Below are positions 23,430-35,849 of a stretch of 64,000 nucleotides of DNA, in pieces (the first letter of the stretch is position 1; every line of letters begins with the position of its first letter). This DNA is from Torpedo marmorata. Its lineage: Eukaryota. The notes below the pieces were generated by a model. It was not told the DNA's origin. It was given only the letters and a program-made list of their open reading frames with translations, and did no database searches. The position numbers were made by a program, and so were the translations under genes. The stretch covers positions 45,694,001 to 45,758,000 of the forward strand of contig OZ360245.1 in the NCBI GenBank assembly GCA_977017645.1, read 5' to 3'.

Positions 23430-26400
23430 TGGCATTGATGCAGGGGTCAGAGGAGAGTGGCATTAGAGCAGGGGTTGGGGAGAGTGGCATTAGAGCAGGG
23501 GTTAGGGGAGAGTGGCATTGATGCAGGGGTTAGAGGAGAGTGGCATTAGAGCAGGGGTTGGGGAGAGTGGCATTAGAGCAGGAGTTAGGGGAGAGTGGCA
23601 TTAGAGCAGGGGTTGGGGAGAGTGGCATTAGAGCGGGTTAGGGGAGAGTGGCATTGATGCAGGGGTTAGGGGAGAGTGGCATTAGAGCAGGGGTCAGGGG
23701 AGAGTGGCATTAGAGCAGTGGTTGGGGAGAGTGGCATTAGAGCAGGGGTTAGGGGAGAGTGGCATTGATGCAGGGGTTAGGGGAGAGTGGCATTAGAGCA
23801 GGGGTTAGGGGAGAGTGGCATTGATGCAGGGGTTAGGGGAGAGTGGCATTGATGCAGGGGTTAGGGGAGAGTGGCATTAGAGCAGGGGTCAGGGGAGAGT
23901 GGCATTAGAGCAGTGGTTGGGGAGAGTGGCATTAGAGCAGGGGTTAGGGGAGAGTGGCATTAGAGCAGGGGTTGGGGGAGAGTGGCATTGATGCAGGCAT
24001 TAGGGGAGAGTGGCATTAGAGCAGGGATTGGGGAGAGTGGCATTGATGCAGGCGTTAGAGGAGAGTGGCATTAGAGCAGGGGTTAGGGGAGAGTGGCATT
24101 AGAGCAGGGGTTGGGGGAGAGTGGCATTAGAGCAGGGGTTAGGGGAGAGTGGCATTGATGCAGGGGTTAGGGGAGAGTGGCATTGATGCAGGGGTTAGGG
24201 GAGAGTGGCATTGATGCAGGCGTTAGGGGAGAGTGGCATTAGAGCAGGGGTTAGGGGAGAGTGGCATTAGAGCAGGGGTTAGGGGAGAGTGGCATTAGAG
24301 CAGGGGTTAGGGGAGAGTGGCATTGATGCAGGCGTTAGGGGAGAGTGGCATTGATGCAGGCGTTAGGGGAGAGTGGCATTGATGCAGGCGTTAGGGGAGA
24401 GTGGCATTGGTGCAGGCGTTAGGGGAGAGTGGCATTAGAGCAGGGGTTAGGGGAGAGTGGCATTAGAGCAGGGGTTAGGGGAGAGTGGCATTAGAGCAGG
24501 GGTTGGGGAGAGTGGCATTAGAGCAGGGGTTGGGGAGAGTGGCATTAGAGCAGGGGTTGGGGAGAGTGGCATTAGAGCAGGGATTAGGGGAGAGTGGCAT
24601 TAGAGCAGGCGTTAGGGGAGAGTGGCATTAGAGCAGGGGTTGGGGAGAGTGGCATTGATGCAGGGGTTGGGGAGAGTGGCATTGATGCAGGGGTTAGGGG
24701 AGAGTGGCATTGATGCAGGGGTTAGGGGAGAGTGGCATTGATGCAGGCGTTAGGGGAGAGTGGCATTAGAGCAGGGGTTAGGGGAGAGTGGCATTGATGC
24801 AGGGGTTAGAGGAGAGTGGCATTAGAGCAGGGGTTAGGGGAGAGTGGCATTAGAGCAGGGGTTAGGGGAGAGTGGCATTGATGCAGGGGTTAGGGGAGAG
24901 TGGCATTGATGCAGGGGTTAGAGGAGAGTGGCATTAGAGCAGGGGTTGGGGAGAGTGGTATTAGAGCAGGGGTTAGGGGAGAGTGGCATTAGAGCGGGTT
25001 AGGGGAGAGTGGCATTGATGCAGGGGTTAGGGGAGAGTGGCATTAGAGCAGGGGTCAGGGGAGAGTAGCATTAGAGCAGGGGTTGTGGAGTGGCATTAGA
25101 GCAGGGGTTAGGGGAGAGTGGCATTAGAGCAGGGGTTGGGGAGAGTGGCATTGATGCAGGGGTTAGGGGAGAGTGGCATTAGAGCAGGGATTGGGGAGAG
25201 TGGCATTGATGCAGGCGTTAGAGGAGAGTGGCATTAGAGCAGGGGTTAGGGGAGAGTGGCATTAGAGCAGGGGTTGGGGGAGAGTGGCATTAGAGCAGGG
25301 GTTAGGGGAGAGTGGCATTAGAGCAGGCGTTAGGGGAGAGTGGCATTAGAGCAGGCGTTAGGGGAGAGTGGCATTAGAGCAGGGGTTGGGGAGAGTGGCA
25401 TTGATGCAGGGGTTAGGGGAGAGTGGCATTGATGCAGGGGTTAGGGGAGAGTGGCATTGATGCAGGGGTTAGGGGAGAGTGGCATTGATGCAGGGGTTAG
25501 GGGAGAGTGGCATTGATGCAGGGGTTAGGGGAGAGTGGCATTGATGCAGGGGTTAGGGGAGAGTGGCATTGATGCAGGCGTTAGGGGAGAGTGGCATTGA
25601 TGCAGGCGTTAGGGGAGAGTGGCATTGATGCAGGCGTTAGGGGAGAGTGGCATTGATGCTGGCGTTAGGGGAGAGTGGCATTGATGCAGGCGTTAGGGGA
25701 GAGTGGCATTGATGCAGGGGTTAGGGGAGAGTGGCATTAGAGCAGGGGTTAGGGGAGAGTGGCATTAGAGCATGGGTTAGGGGAGAGTGGCATTAGAGCA
25801 GGGGTTAGGGGAGAGTGGCATTGATGCAGGCGTTAGGGGAGAGTGGCATTGATGCAGGCGATAGGGGAGAGTGGCATTGATGCAGGCGTTAGGGGAGAGT
25901 GGCATTGATGCAGGCGTTAGGGGAGAGTGGCATTAGAGCAGGCGTTAGGGGAGAGTGGCATTGATGCAGGCGTTAGGGGAGAGTGGCATTGATGCAGGCG
26001 TTAGGGGAGAGTGACATTAGAGCAGGCGTTAGGGGAGAGTGGCATTAGAGCAGGCGTTAGGGGAGAGTGGCATTAGAGCAGGCGTTAGGGGAGAGTGGCA
26101 TTAGAGCAGGGGTTAGGGGAGAGTGGCATTAGAGCAGGCGTTAGGGGAGAGTGGCATTGGAGCAGGCGTTAGGGGAGAGTGGCATTAGAGCAGAGGTTGG
26201 GGAGAGTGGCATTGATGCAGGGGTTAGGGGAGAGTGGCATTGATGCAGGGGTTAGGGGAGAGTGGCATTGATGCAGGCGTTAGGGGAGAGTGGCATTGAT
26301 GCAGGCGTTAGGGGAGAGTGGCATTGATGCAGGCGTTAGGGGAGAGTGGCATTAGAGCAGGGGTTAGGGGAGAGTGGCATTAGAGCAGGGGTTAGGGGAG

Positions 26401-26690
26401 AGTGGCATTAGAGCAGGGGTTAGGGGAGAGTGGCATTGATGCAGGGGTTAGGGGAGAGTGGCATTGATGCAGGGGTTAGGGGAGAGTGGCATTGATGCAG
26501 GGGTTAGGGGAGAGTGGCATTGATGCAGGGGTTAGGGGAGAGTGGCATTGATGCAGGGGTTAGGGGAGAGTGGCATTAGAGCAGGGGTTAGGGGAGAGTG
26601 GCATTGATGCAGGCGTTAGGGGAGAGTGGCATTAGAGCAGGGGTCAGAGGATAGTGGCATTAGAGCAGGGGTGGAGAAGAGTAGTATTAA
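23430..26690. repeat. 28-bp G-rich minisatellite (~115 copies) in MKS1 intron 1
   Basis: Unit AGAGCAGGGGTTAGGGGAGAGTGGCATT with AGA/GAT and GGGG/GGCG variants; degenerate copies at both flanks. Confidence 0.97.
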
Positions 26691-29651
26691 TGTAGGGGTG
26701 GGGCAGAGTGGGATTAGAGCAGCGGTTGGGACAGAGTGGGGTTAGGGTTTTGGAGCAGTGGGATTATTTTAGGGTTTTGGGGGAGAGTGGGAATAATGCA
26801 GGATTTGGGGGAGTAGGATTAATGCAGGTGTTTGGGAGTGGGATTAAGGCTGTCATTTGGGCAGTGAAATTTGCTCAAGGATTGGGGCATATTGGGATCA
26901 ATAAAGTTGAAGAAAGAGATTTAGCATTAATTAAAATAAAAGGTAAAAATGCTTGAAAGATTTGGATGGTCAGTAGTATTCATGGTGAGATGGCATTGAT
27001 ATTCCTGGATTTTGCTTGATCTGGGGCCACACTATGTTGTCTCCCTAATAACTCAAAATTTCTGTTCCATCACTGATGTTTCAAAGATCTGCTCTTAGCA
27101 TGCTCCGTGATAATCAAAGAGATTTAAAATAGTTGGGATTTGTTTGAATAAGCAGAAAACCGCTTATTTAATTAAAACAGTGATTTTGCACTACGTTTAG
27201 TGAAGCACGTAACCTCATTCAAGCTGTGCTAGATTCTGCTGCTCTGACCGGAGTAAAGATTAGTGCCAGATGCAAAGTGGACCTGGCCCTTCATTCTCAC
27301 TAAAATACAGAATGTCCCTAGACTCGATGGTGAGTGTAGGGAATGTGCCCCCATTTAATTTCAGGCAATCCCATTTTTCAGTGCTGCGGTGTGGAGAAGT
27401 GAAAGCCTGGAACAAGCTGACATTCATGTTGCAGCTCTTGGGCAGTTTTCTTTGGAACTGCTTAGTAGCTAGCCAATGTGATCGAGCCCATTTCATCCGA
27501 GGGATACTGACTGACTTGAAGCAAAGATATTATCCTGAAATTTTAACTCTGTCCTCTCTCCCCAGATTCTGCCTGACCTCTCTCCCCAGATTCTGCCTGA
27601 CCTCTATCATGTGTTTACTGCAATGTTGTGTTTTTGTTCCTGTTTATGGAATATACAGTATTTTTTTATTATATTGGAGAATGAAATTAATGTACCTGGG
27701 ATGGGGAATAGGGATTGATGCAGGGTCTGAGGGAGGAACAATTTAGAATGATTTTGGCTCAAATCTTGTTGGAAAATGCCAGAATTCTGTGGAACATTGC
27801 TGGAATGTACCCATTTGTGAATGCTAGCTGTTTCCATGTAAATTTAAAAAATATATAATTTTTAATAAAAAAAATTTTAATTAAAAAAAAAAATTTTTAA
27901 ATCTATCTCGTGCTCTGGTACATGTCGAGCACATGAACTTGATGTTCATGCTGCACTTGCATTGTCCATCTTATTTCTCAATACAGGATCGAGAACTCTG
28001 TTCATTTCATGAAAAATTTACAACTACAAGTAGAAGTATAAGAATGACTTTAAATCTATTTTAAAATAAACTTTCAGTAGTTTATTTTTGTTCCATAATG
28101 AATGCTTCCATAAGTGAGGGGAATTTTGAAAGATCAACAGAAAACAGAGTTTGCTGTTAAAGGTTTCCTTAGTAGTAGTTTTATGGGTGGAACATATTGT
28201 GACCCACCATTTACATCGGTAATATGTTGCAAAGTTCTTCGTGCCAGGGAGAGTTTTGCTAATTGAACATGGTGAGTGAGAGACAAATTGATATCTGAGC
28301 AGTGACTGCAGGAGGTGGAGGGTCCCATTTGGCGAGATCTATAGGGATAATTTATCATTATCCATTAGGTACTTTTAACTTGCTGTCAGAGTTATTAGTC
28401 AGGCCACCAGTTTCATCAAACAATGAGAGTTATTTTTCTTTATTGACATTTGATGATTAAATATGAGCTTGGGCGCTAATAGTATTTTGGCCTCTCTTTT
28501 TGTTCACATGAGTGATCAGTTGGACATTTTAACTTCTCTTTTAAAAGGCAGGAACTCCAAAAGTGCAGCATTTCTAGAGTGTCAACCTCGTCTCAGCAGT
28601 GAGGGACTTGCACAATTTTATTTGAGATGAGAGTGTTACCAATGACCAAAGATTAATGGTCGAGACCAATGGTCAAAGGTTGAGTGGACAATAGTTGTGT
28701 TATGCCCCTTGGCAGTTGAAAACTTGAGAAGACTGTTTTGGGGTGGCATCTCACTTGAAGTACTGGAAATGTCAGAGGCTGATCCATTAAATTCTGCCTT
28801 AGTGGGATGGAAGGAGAGGATGTTGTTCTGGAAGGGAGTGGGAGGGTGGGGTCAGAACACAGGTGACTAAAATGGAACAAATGTGGGTAAGGGCCCTTTT
28901 AACAAGGGTGAAGTCATTGATTGAGGACAGAGGAAGATATGTTGGAAGTTCTGGCATTTGGAAGTGGTACATTAAGTGTTCAATATTGTTCTTAATTCTA
29001 GAATTGTCTGAAGTGCAGAGCATGGGACCTATTTCTGGAATTCAAATCAGCTTAGTTCTATTGCGTCTTTTTTTTGTTGTTGTTGGTTTCAATTGTAAAA
29101 GCCGAAGTGGGAGAGGGGTGTGGTGGGCAGAAGGGGTTCTGTGACTGATGAGGATTGAAAATACTTTTCTTGCGATTGCTGCATATACAGTAATTACACC
29201 TTAAGTCACAAAGACCAGATCTGCAGCTTTTGACTTGGGTATCATATCATGCAGCCCATAAAGCCAAAATGTTTACACAATCTCATCTTGTATGATAGAG
29301 GAAACATTGCTTTCGTGCATCAGCACAAAGGAGACAGGTTTAGTCTTGCATATGAATTATGCAAGCGTGAGTCAGGAACAGAAAGAGAAGTTGGCCAGGT
29401 CATTGGACATTTGAAAGTATGCTGATGGGAAGGTGGGGTTTCTGGAATGATGGGAGCAAATAGTGCAAACAACTCTCCATCTGACTTTATGCCTTTTTCC
29501 ATTTTTGCTTTATCCTGCCTCTTGGTAGGTTGGGATAGTACTATATATATATGAATGGGGTTAACTTCTATAATAAATTTGGATTAATCAAAAGATTAAG
29601 GGCTTTACAAAGTGAGGCATTTAAATGTACTTGCCTTTTTCTCTTAAAAAG

Positions 29652-29779
29652 TATATGGCTTCAGCGGGTCACCCCAACAGCACTCTTCACTCAACATGTT
29701 TTGCATCCTGCTTCTACCTCCAAGCAAAATGTCATCGAGATGTCTACATTCAACACCTTGACATCAGAAAATGTCTCTG
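29652..29779 (+). CDS. MKS1: MKS1 exon 2
   Basis: aaaag|T ATA TGG...TCT G|gtaagt; IWLQRVTPTALF...NVIEMSTF resembles VHLQRITSSNFL...DLIDLATF; phases consistent. Confidence 0.85.
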
Positions 29780-30005
29780 GTAAGTTGCAACCTAACAAGG
29801 TTTGCTCTGAAATTAGCTTCAACGTGAGATTGCAAAGTAATCAGACATTCAATCTAGTGAAATAAAAATAGAAAATGTTGGAAATGATTGGTTATGCAGA
29901 ATCTGGAGTGAGAAAGAAAAGTGCTACAGGAAGATGATCCTTTATCAGAACTTGAAAAAGTTGAAGATGCAGAGGAAGAAAAAGTATGGTCCGTGGAAGG
30001 CAAGT

Positions 30006-30250
30006 GGGTGGCACGGTTAGCATAGTGTTTAGTGAAACGCTATTATAGTGCCAGCGACCCAGGTTGGAATCTGGCGCTGTCTGTAAGAAGCTTGTACGTT
30101 CTCCCCGTGTCTGCATGGGTTTCCTCCGGGTGCTCCGGTTTCCTCCCACCCTCCAAAACGTACAGCTTTGTAGGTTAATTTGGGTGTAATTGTCAGCACA
30201 GATTTAAATGGCTGGAATTGACTTTTACTGTGTTGTAAATAAAAATAAAT
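30006..30250 (+). mobile_element. tRNA-derived V-SINE (HE1-like)
   Basis: Pol III A/B-box-like head; V-domain GTTCTCCCCGTGTCTGCATGGGTTTCCTCCGGGTGCTCCGGTTTCCTCCCA; A-rich tail. Confidence 0.85.
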
Positions 30251-30693
30251 AATTTTTAAAAATGTTTTAAATAGTGACAGGGAACTGCTAAGTAAAGAAG
30301 TAAAAATAGTTTAGTGGACATGTAAACTGAATTGACCAAAATTAATTCCAAAGAGCTGTAACGTTTCTAATCTAAATATTGGGTGGCATTGCTTGATTCT
30401 TTGTTGATTTTCAGTGGGCTGTTGAGGTTAGCATGACGATGAGATGGTGAATTAAAATAATGGGTGGTTATGATATTGAACGGAGGTGGCATGCAAAGAA
30501 AGGCAGCAAATATGCATTTGTTTCTCGAATGTAAGTGCCAAGTATAATATTCTTTAAATATTGCGTGCAAGTAAATTGCTGCTCACCAGCAAAGTATATT
30601 TGACATCCTTCATTCTCTACATGCCCATGCTGAAGTATTTTTTTAATAAATTTCTCATTGTCTTCAGTAATATATTTTTTCTCAATCTTGCAG

Positions 30694-30758
30694 ATCATTT
30701 TCGGACAGACGACCAAGAAGAGGTTGTAGTGGGTTGGCAAGAAAAGCTATTCAGTCAG
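30694..30758 (+). CDS. MKS1: MKS1 exon 3
   Basis: cag|AT...CAG|gtag; DHFRTDDQEEVVVGWQEKLFSQ. Confidence 0.93.
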
Positions 30759-31360
30759 GTAGCTTGTTTGTCAAACTACCATGAGCAGGGGTGACTATTT
30801 CTGACGCATCTCTTTAAGGAAGAACAATATCTTTAAGGCATAATGCAAAATACTTGAGTTTACACCTTGGTGTATTGAATAATTTTTAAAAACAAATGAC
30901 CATAGCTCTCTTATTTGGGGTAGCCCAATCAAACCTCCAGGGGCACAAAAAATCAAATGGCACAAACCATAAAACTCTTGATAATAGTGAAGTAATTTGT
31001 CTGCAGTTTAGATACTCTTGTTGTAGGTGCCAGTAAAATTATGTTTTATTATGGACAGAATGAACGTAATTTTAGTGTCCTTTTCTGTCTAAAGAGGTTT
31101 GTAACCAACCCACCAATGGTGTTGAACAGTGAAAATGGAAATAGAAATAGATTTGTTTCAACGGCTTCTTTATCTTAGTTTCTGTGAAGTTTGCTTGAAA
31201 TCCTTTTGTCACCTGTACATGGCTACCCACCCCCATTATTTCTAATTTCATCAAATGGTCAGAAAGCAGAATTGCCAGGAGGTCCTCAGCTGGAGAATAT
31301 TGGAGAGAGGGAAGGATTGGACAATGGACAAAAACCTAAAATACCTACTTTCAATTCTAG

Positions 31361-31516
31361 TTTGAAATTGACCTGTTCAGGAATGAACATGCCTGCCAGA
31401 GTCCACTGGACTATCAGTACCGTAACGAGATCCTGCGCCTGGAGGAAACTGAAGAGAGGAAGAATCGCAGAATCTTTACCTACACTGACTTTGACCGCTA
31501 CACCAGCACTGAAGAG
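31361..31516 (+). CDS. MKS1: MKS1 exon 4
   Basis: tag|[52 protein letters not shown]|gt, 156 bp. Confidence 0.96.
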
Positions 31517-31564
31517 GTACTAAATCTGATCACTCCCTTTCTTACATTAAACATAAGCCTGCGC

Positions 31565-31985
31565 AATACACAAATGTGCTGGAGGATCTCAGAAGATCAC
31601 GCAGCGTCCTTAGGAAGTAAAAGGTAACCAATGTTTCGGGCCTGGGCCCTTCATCAGGAATCTGGAAAAACAGGTAGACGGCTGAAAAAAAAGGTCGGGG
31701 GGAGGGGGAGGTGAAGAGGAGAGGGGAAGGGGAGAAGCACAGGTTAAAAGGTAAGATGGATGGATACAGGTTGGAGGGTAGAGGGGAAAGAAGCTGAGAT
31801 ATGATGGGGAGAGGGCAGAGGTCTAAGAAGGGTAGCCCTCTGATTGGAGAAGGAAGGGAAGGCGGTGGGGAGTTGGAGGAAAGGAAACAGAGGGGTAGGG
31901 AAATAGAGAGACTGCAGGAGGGGTTTAACAGAAATTGGAGGTCGCTATTAATGCTGTCTGGTTGGAGACTGCCGAGACAGAATAT
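31565..31985 (-). mobile_element. Penelope-like element 3' fragment
   Basis: On the minus strand: pyrimidine-rich tract, GAAGGGCCCAGGCCCGAAAC and TCCTCCAGCACAT. The same family recurs at ~17350, 34710, 39470, 45640, 50170 and 53340. Confidence 0.55.
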
Positions 31986-32275
31986 AGGGCAGGGGTGGCC
32001 AAACCTTTTTGGTTGTGGGCCACATACAGAAAACTATAAGGAGTCACGGGCCAAATAATATTAAGCCCAGCAGCAATATGTGCTCACATATTACAGTAAG
32101 CATTTTTGTATCTGCTGCTCTTAAATTTAATTTAAATGAATACAATAAAACTCTTTAAAACTCTCATTCGAAAAGCTGGGTGCAAAATAAGAACAGGAGA
32201 AGAGATCAAGAAAGGGACAAGGCAGTCTCCAACATTCCTCCACACTCTCAGTGAACACAGTTCATGGCCCAAGTG

Positions 32276-33680
32276 TCAGAATCAGAATTTATTGTCATGA
32301 ACAAGTCATGAAATTCGGTGTTTTGTGGCAGCATCACAGTGCAATTAACATTCATATTAACCATCTAACGACATTACTATAAAAAATTATAAATAATAGT
32401 GCACGAAAAGTAAGACAGTGTCTTTGGTTCATTGATTATTCAGGAATCTGATGGCAGCAGGGAAGAAGCTGTCCTTGTGCTGTTGAGTGCTCGTCTTTAG
32501 GCTCCTGTACCTTTTTCACGATGGTAGCAGAGTGAAGAGGGCATGGCCTGGGTGGTGGGGGTCTTTGAGGATAGAGGCTGCTTTTTTAAGACACCGCCTC
32601 ATGTAGATGTCCTCGATGGAGTGAAGTTTGGTGCCTGTGATGTCACAGGCCGAGTCAACAACCCTCTGGAGTTTACTCTTGTCCTGAGAGTTGGCGCCTC
32701 CATACCAGGCAGTGATGCAACCAGCCAGAATGCTCTCCACGGTACACCTGCAGAAGTTTACGAGAGTCTTCGGTGACATACCGAATCTCCTCAGTCACCT
32801 CACAAAGTATAGCCGCTGACGAGCCTTCTTTGTGCTTGCATCAAAGTGGATGCTCCAGGACAGATCCTCGGAGATGTTGACACCCAGGAATTTGAAGTTC
32901 TTGACACTCTCCACTACTTAGCGCTCGATGAGGACTGGGTCGTGTTCCCCTGACTTCCTCCTGAAGTCCACAATCATCTTGGTTTTGCTGACGTTGAGCG
33001 CAAGGTTGTTGTCGTTACACCATTCAACGAGCTGATCTATCTCCCTCCTGTATGCTTCCTCATTGCTGTTTGTGATTCTGCCGACAACAGTGGTGTCATC
33101 TGCAAACTTGTAGATGGCATTGGAATTGTGCCTGGCCACACAGTCATGGGTGTATAACGAGTAGAGCAGTGAACTGAGCACGCATCCTTGGGGTACGCCT
33201 GTGTTGATAATCAGTGAGGAGGAGACGTTGTTTCCAATTCGTACTGACTGTGGTCTTCTGATGAGAAAGTCAAGGATCCAGTTGCAGAGGGGGTTACAGA
33301 GGCCTAGAGCTTTTAGCTTCTTGACCAGCACTGAAGGAATAATGGTATTGAAGGCCGAGCTGTAGTCGATGAAGAGCAGCCGTATGTATGAATTGCTGTT
33401 TTCGAGGTGATCCAGAGCTGAGTGGAGAGCCAGCGATATTGCATCTGCTGTGGAGCGATTGTGACGATAGGCGAATTGCACTGGGTACAGATCTTTGCTT
33501 AGGTACGTGTTAATTCTGGCCATGACCAGCCTCTCAAAGCATTTCATCACAGTAGAAGTTAGTGTTACTGGGCGGTAGTCGTTGAGGCAGCCCACACTAC
33601 TCTTCTTGGGTACCGGGATGATTGATGGCCTTTTGAAGCAGGTGGGAACCTCAGACTGCCGCAATGAGAGGTTGAAAATG
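32276..33680 (-). mobile_element. Young 5'-truncated Rex1/Babar-like LINE (RT domain)
   Basis: 248-aa RT ORF ([41 protein letters not shown]); (TTCTGA)n tail; highly similar to 11319-12270. Confidence 0.93.
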
Positions 33681-35575
33681 ATTATGAAAATAATCCACCT
33701 TAATGATTATGATGGAATGTGTAAATCTGTAGATAGGCTATTAAAGATGGGCTATTAAAGTTAACAGATTTCTTGAAAATCAAACAAACACACTTCCCCT
33801 TGACTTCTGTGAAAAAGTATTCATTTTCCCACCGTCTGAAATTTTCGGAACTCCCTTGCTATTTTCTGTCTTTTTCGGTTCCGCCACGTTTAATCAACTG
33901 AGGTAAACGTTTTTTTTAACTGAGGTAAATGTTTTCATTGATGAGTAACATTGCAACAGTAAGTCTAGTAGTTCAAAATGGCAATGGCATCTAGTGTTGA
34001 AACTAAAAAGTGCAATGTACATACAGTGCAATTTAGTTTGCCCGGGGACTGTAGTTTGGCCAGCCCTGATGTAGGGTGTTCCTCCAATTTGCAGGTGACC
34101 TCGATTAAGCAGTACATGAGGCCATGGACTTTTTGCTGTTGCAGCAGACAGAGCAAAGGTGCTCTCCTTGTTGCTGTTTAAGCTTTCGAGGACGATTTTA
34201 ATTGGAGTCTTGAACTTCATGTACTTTACAAACTACAATTGAATGCCTACAGATCTGGGAACCTGTGGAGTGCTGCTCCTTTGGGAGGACAAGTACAGTG
34301 GCTTCAAAAAAGCCAATTAATTGGGTCCATGCTCAGACACCATTAATGTCACAGTAGACTATCTAGTTATGAAGTTAATGATCAAATTATTACTGTGTTA
34401 AATATTGAACTTTTCAGCAATTGTAAGTTAAGATAGAAATATTTCTTGTGGCCTTGCACCTTGGCAACATGTGCATTTATTACTGCATGAAGTAGCTAGA
34501 AGAGGGAAGGGAAGGAAGATATTGACAATAAGGAAGATAGGGAAGGGGATGGGAAGGTGGGCGGCAAAAAGTCTGGCAAGGAACTTTTTTATTTCCATCA
34601 AAGTTTCTGATTAAAAGAACTAGCAGAGTACACTGGTGTTTATTCTTCACCCAAGTTGCCTTCTGCCTTTCTTCATCCAAGATTATCAAAAGTTATAAAT
34701 TAATTGGAAGACATGCGACCGCAGGTGCTGGAGTCTAGAGAATAACACAAACTGCTGGGGGAACTCAGCATGTCGGGCAGCATTCATGGAAGGTGCTTGG
34801 CCCACTGAGTTCCTCAAACAGTTTGTTTTTTGTTTTAGTACTTTGCTGTTTTCAGTAAAATTTTGGCTCAGAAATGAAGAAATAAGTTCAAATCCTGGAT
34901 TTCCTTTCTTCTAGTCTCTGGGTGAAGAAGTTTCTCCTGAATTCCCAATTGAGTTTATTACTGACGAGCTTAGTTTTTAAGACCTGCTTCTGCTCTTTCC
35001 CACAGATGAAAACATTAATGCTACAAAACCCTATAACGTAGTTTGACACTTCTATATGATAACCTCAGTCCTTTCTGAAGAAAATATTCCAGCCTAGTCG
35101 GTCTTTATTAATAATTTTTCAATTCTGCTATTAGTTAAGGATGGCCTTTTTTGTGCTTTCTTTAATGCATTTATAACAATGTTTACCTTGTGGAGACCAA
35201 AATGGTTTGTTTTATTTCATTTATTTGATTGATGTTCCATGAATTTAGCATAGCTTTTAAATTTTGTTAATAGAGAAAATAACTTCAGTTTATTTTTTTT
35301 AAGGGATCATATTGATCCACCTTGGAAGACTCCCTTTTGTCCTTCACATTTTGTTCTCTAGTATATCTTGCTCTGTTAGATTATTGATGACCCTGCTGAC
35401 ATCTACTACTGGAACAAGCAGTTTATTTCACCTTGAGATTGGATGTACTTTTCCATAAAACTACCATGATGGATCTGGCTTAAAGCAGGTTTTTCTGGAC
35501 GGAAAGAGAAGGTGTGTGTGCCGAATCCATTGCCAGATAGTGTTGCAGTTTCAATTAAATATGTCCATTCTACAG

Positions 35576-35673
35576 CACTCCAAAATGGTTACCACTTCAG
35601 CGAAGGAGACTCCATCCTACCTGACCGAGAGAATGTCACATGTTCGTTGCAGGAGGCAGGAGAGCAGAGTTAT
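35576..35673 (+). CDS. MKS1: MKS1 exon 5
   Basis: tacag|HSKMVTTSAKETPSYLTERMSHVRCRRQESRV..|gtaagt, 98 bp. Confidence 0.93.
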
Positions 35674-35849
35674 GTAAGTGGGGTGGGAGGGAAGTACAAT
35701 AGTATATAAATGGGTAAAATCTTCTTGTTATTCTTGCTCATTTGAAATTCTATAAAATGTGGAGTGATTTGTCTTGGCTTTACAATATATTGCACAATAT
35801 TTTTTATAAATTATTTTCGATCTTTAGTTGTGTGTATGTTACTGCTGAG

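Noticed and set aside
23430-26690. Possible CRISPR array or true interstitial telomere
   Set aside because: Units are contiguous with no unique spacers and the context is eukaryotic. TTAGGG occurs only once per 28-bp unit, not as (TTAGGG)n.
27554-27605. 24-bp direct duplication (CTCTCTCCCCAGATTCTGCCTGAC) inside ORF 27270-27746
   Set aside because: A simple local tandem duplication; the ORF has no recognisable homology.
27838-27952. AT-only tract plus two small hairpins (GTGCTC/GAGCAC, CATGAAC/GTTCATG)
   Set aside because: Stems of 6-7 bp are expected by chance; no supporting motif.
31990-32270. hAT-like terminus CAGGGGTGGCCAAAC
   Set aside because: Only one end is visible; no matching TIR or 8-bp TSD found, so it is not listed as a feature.
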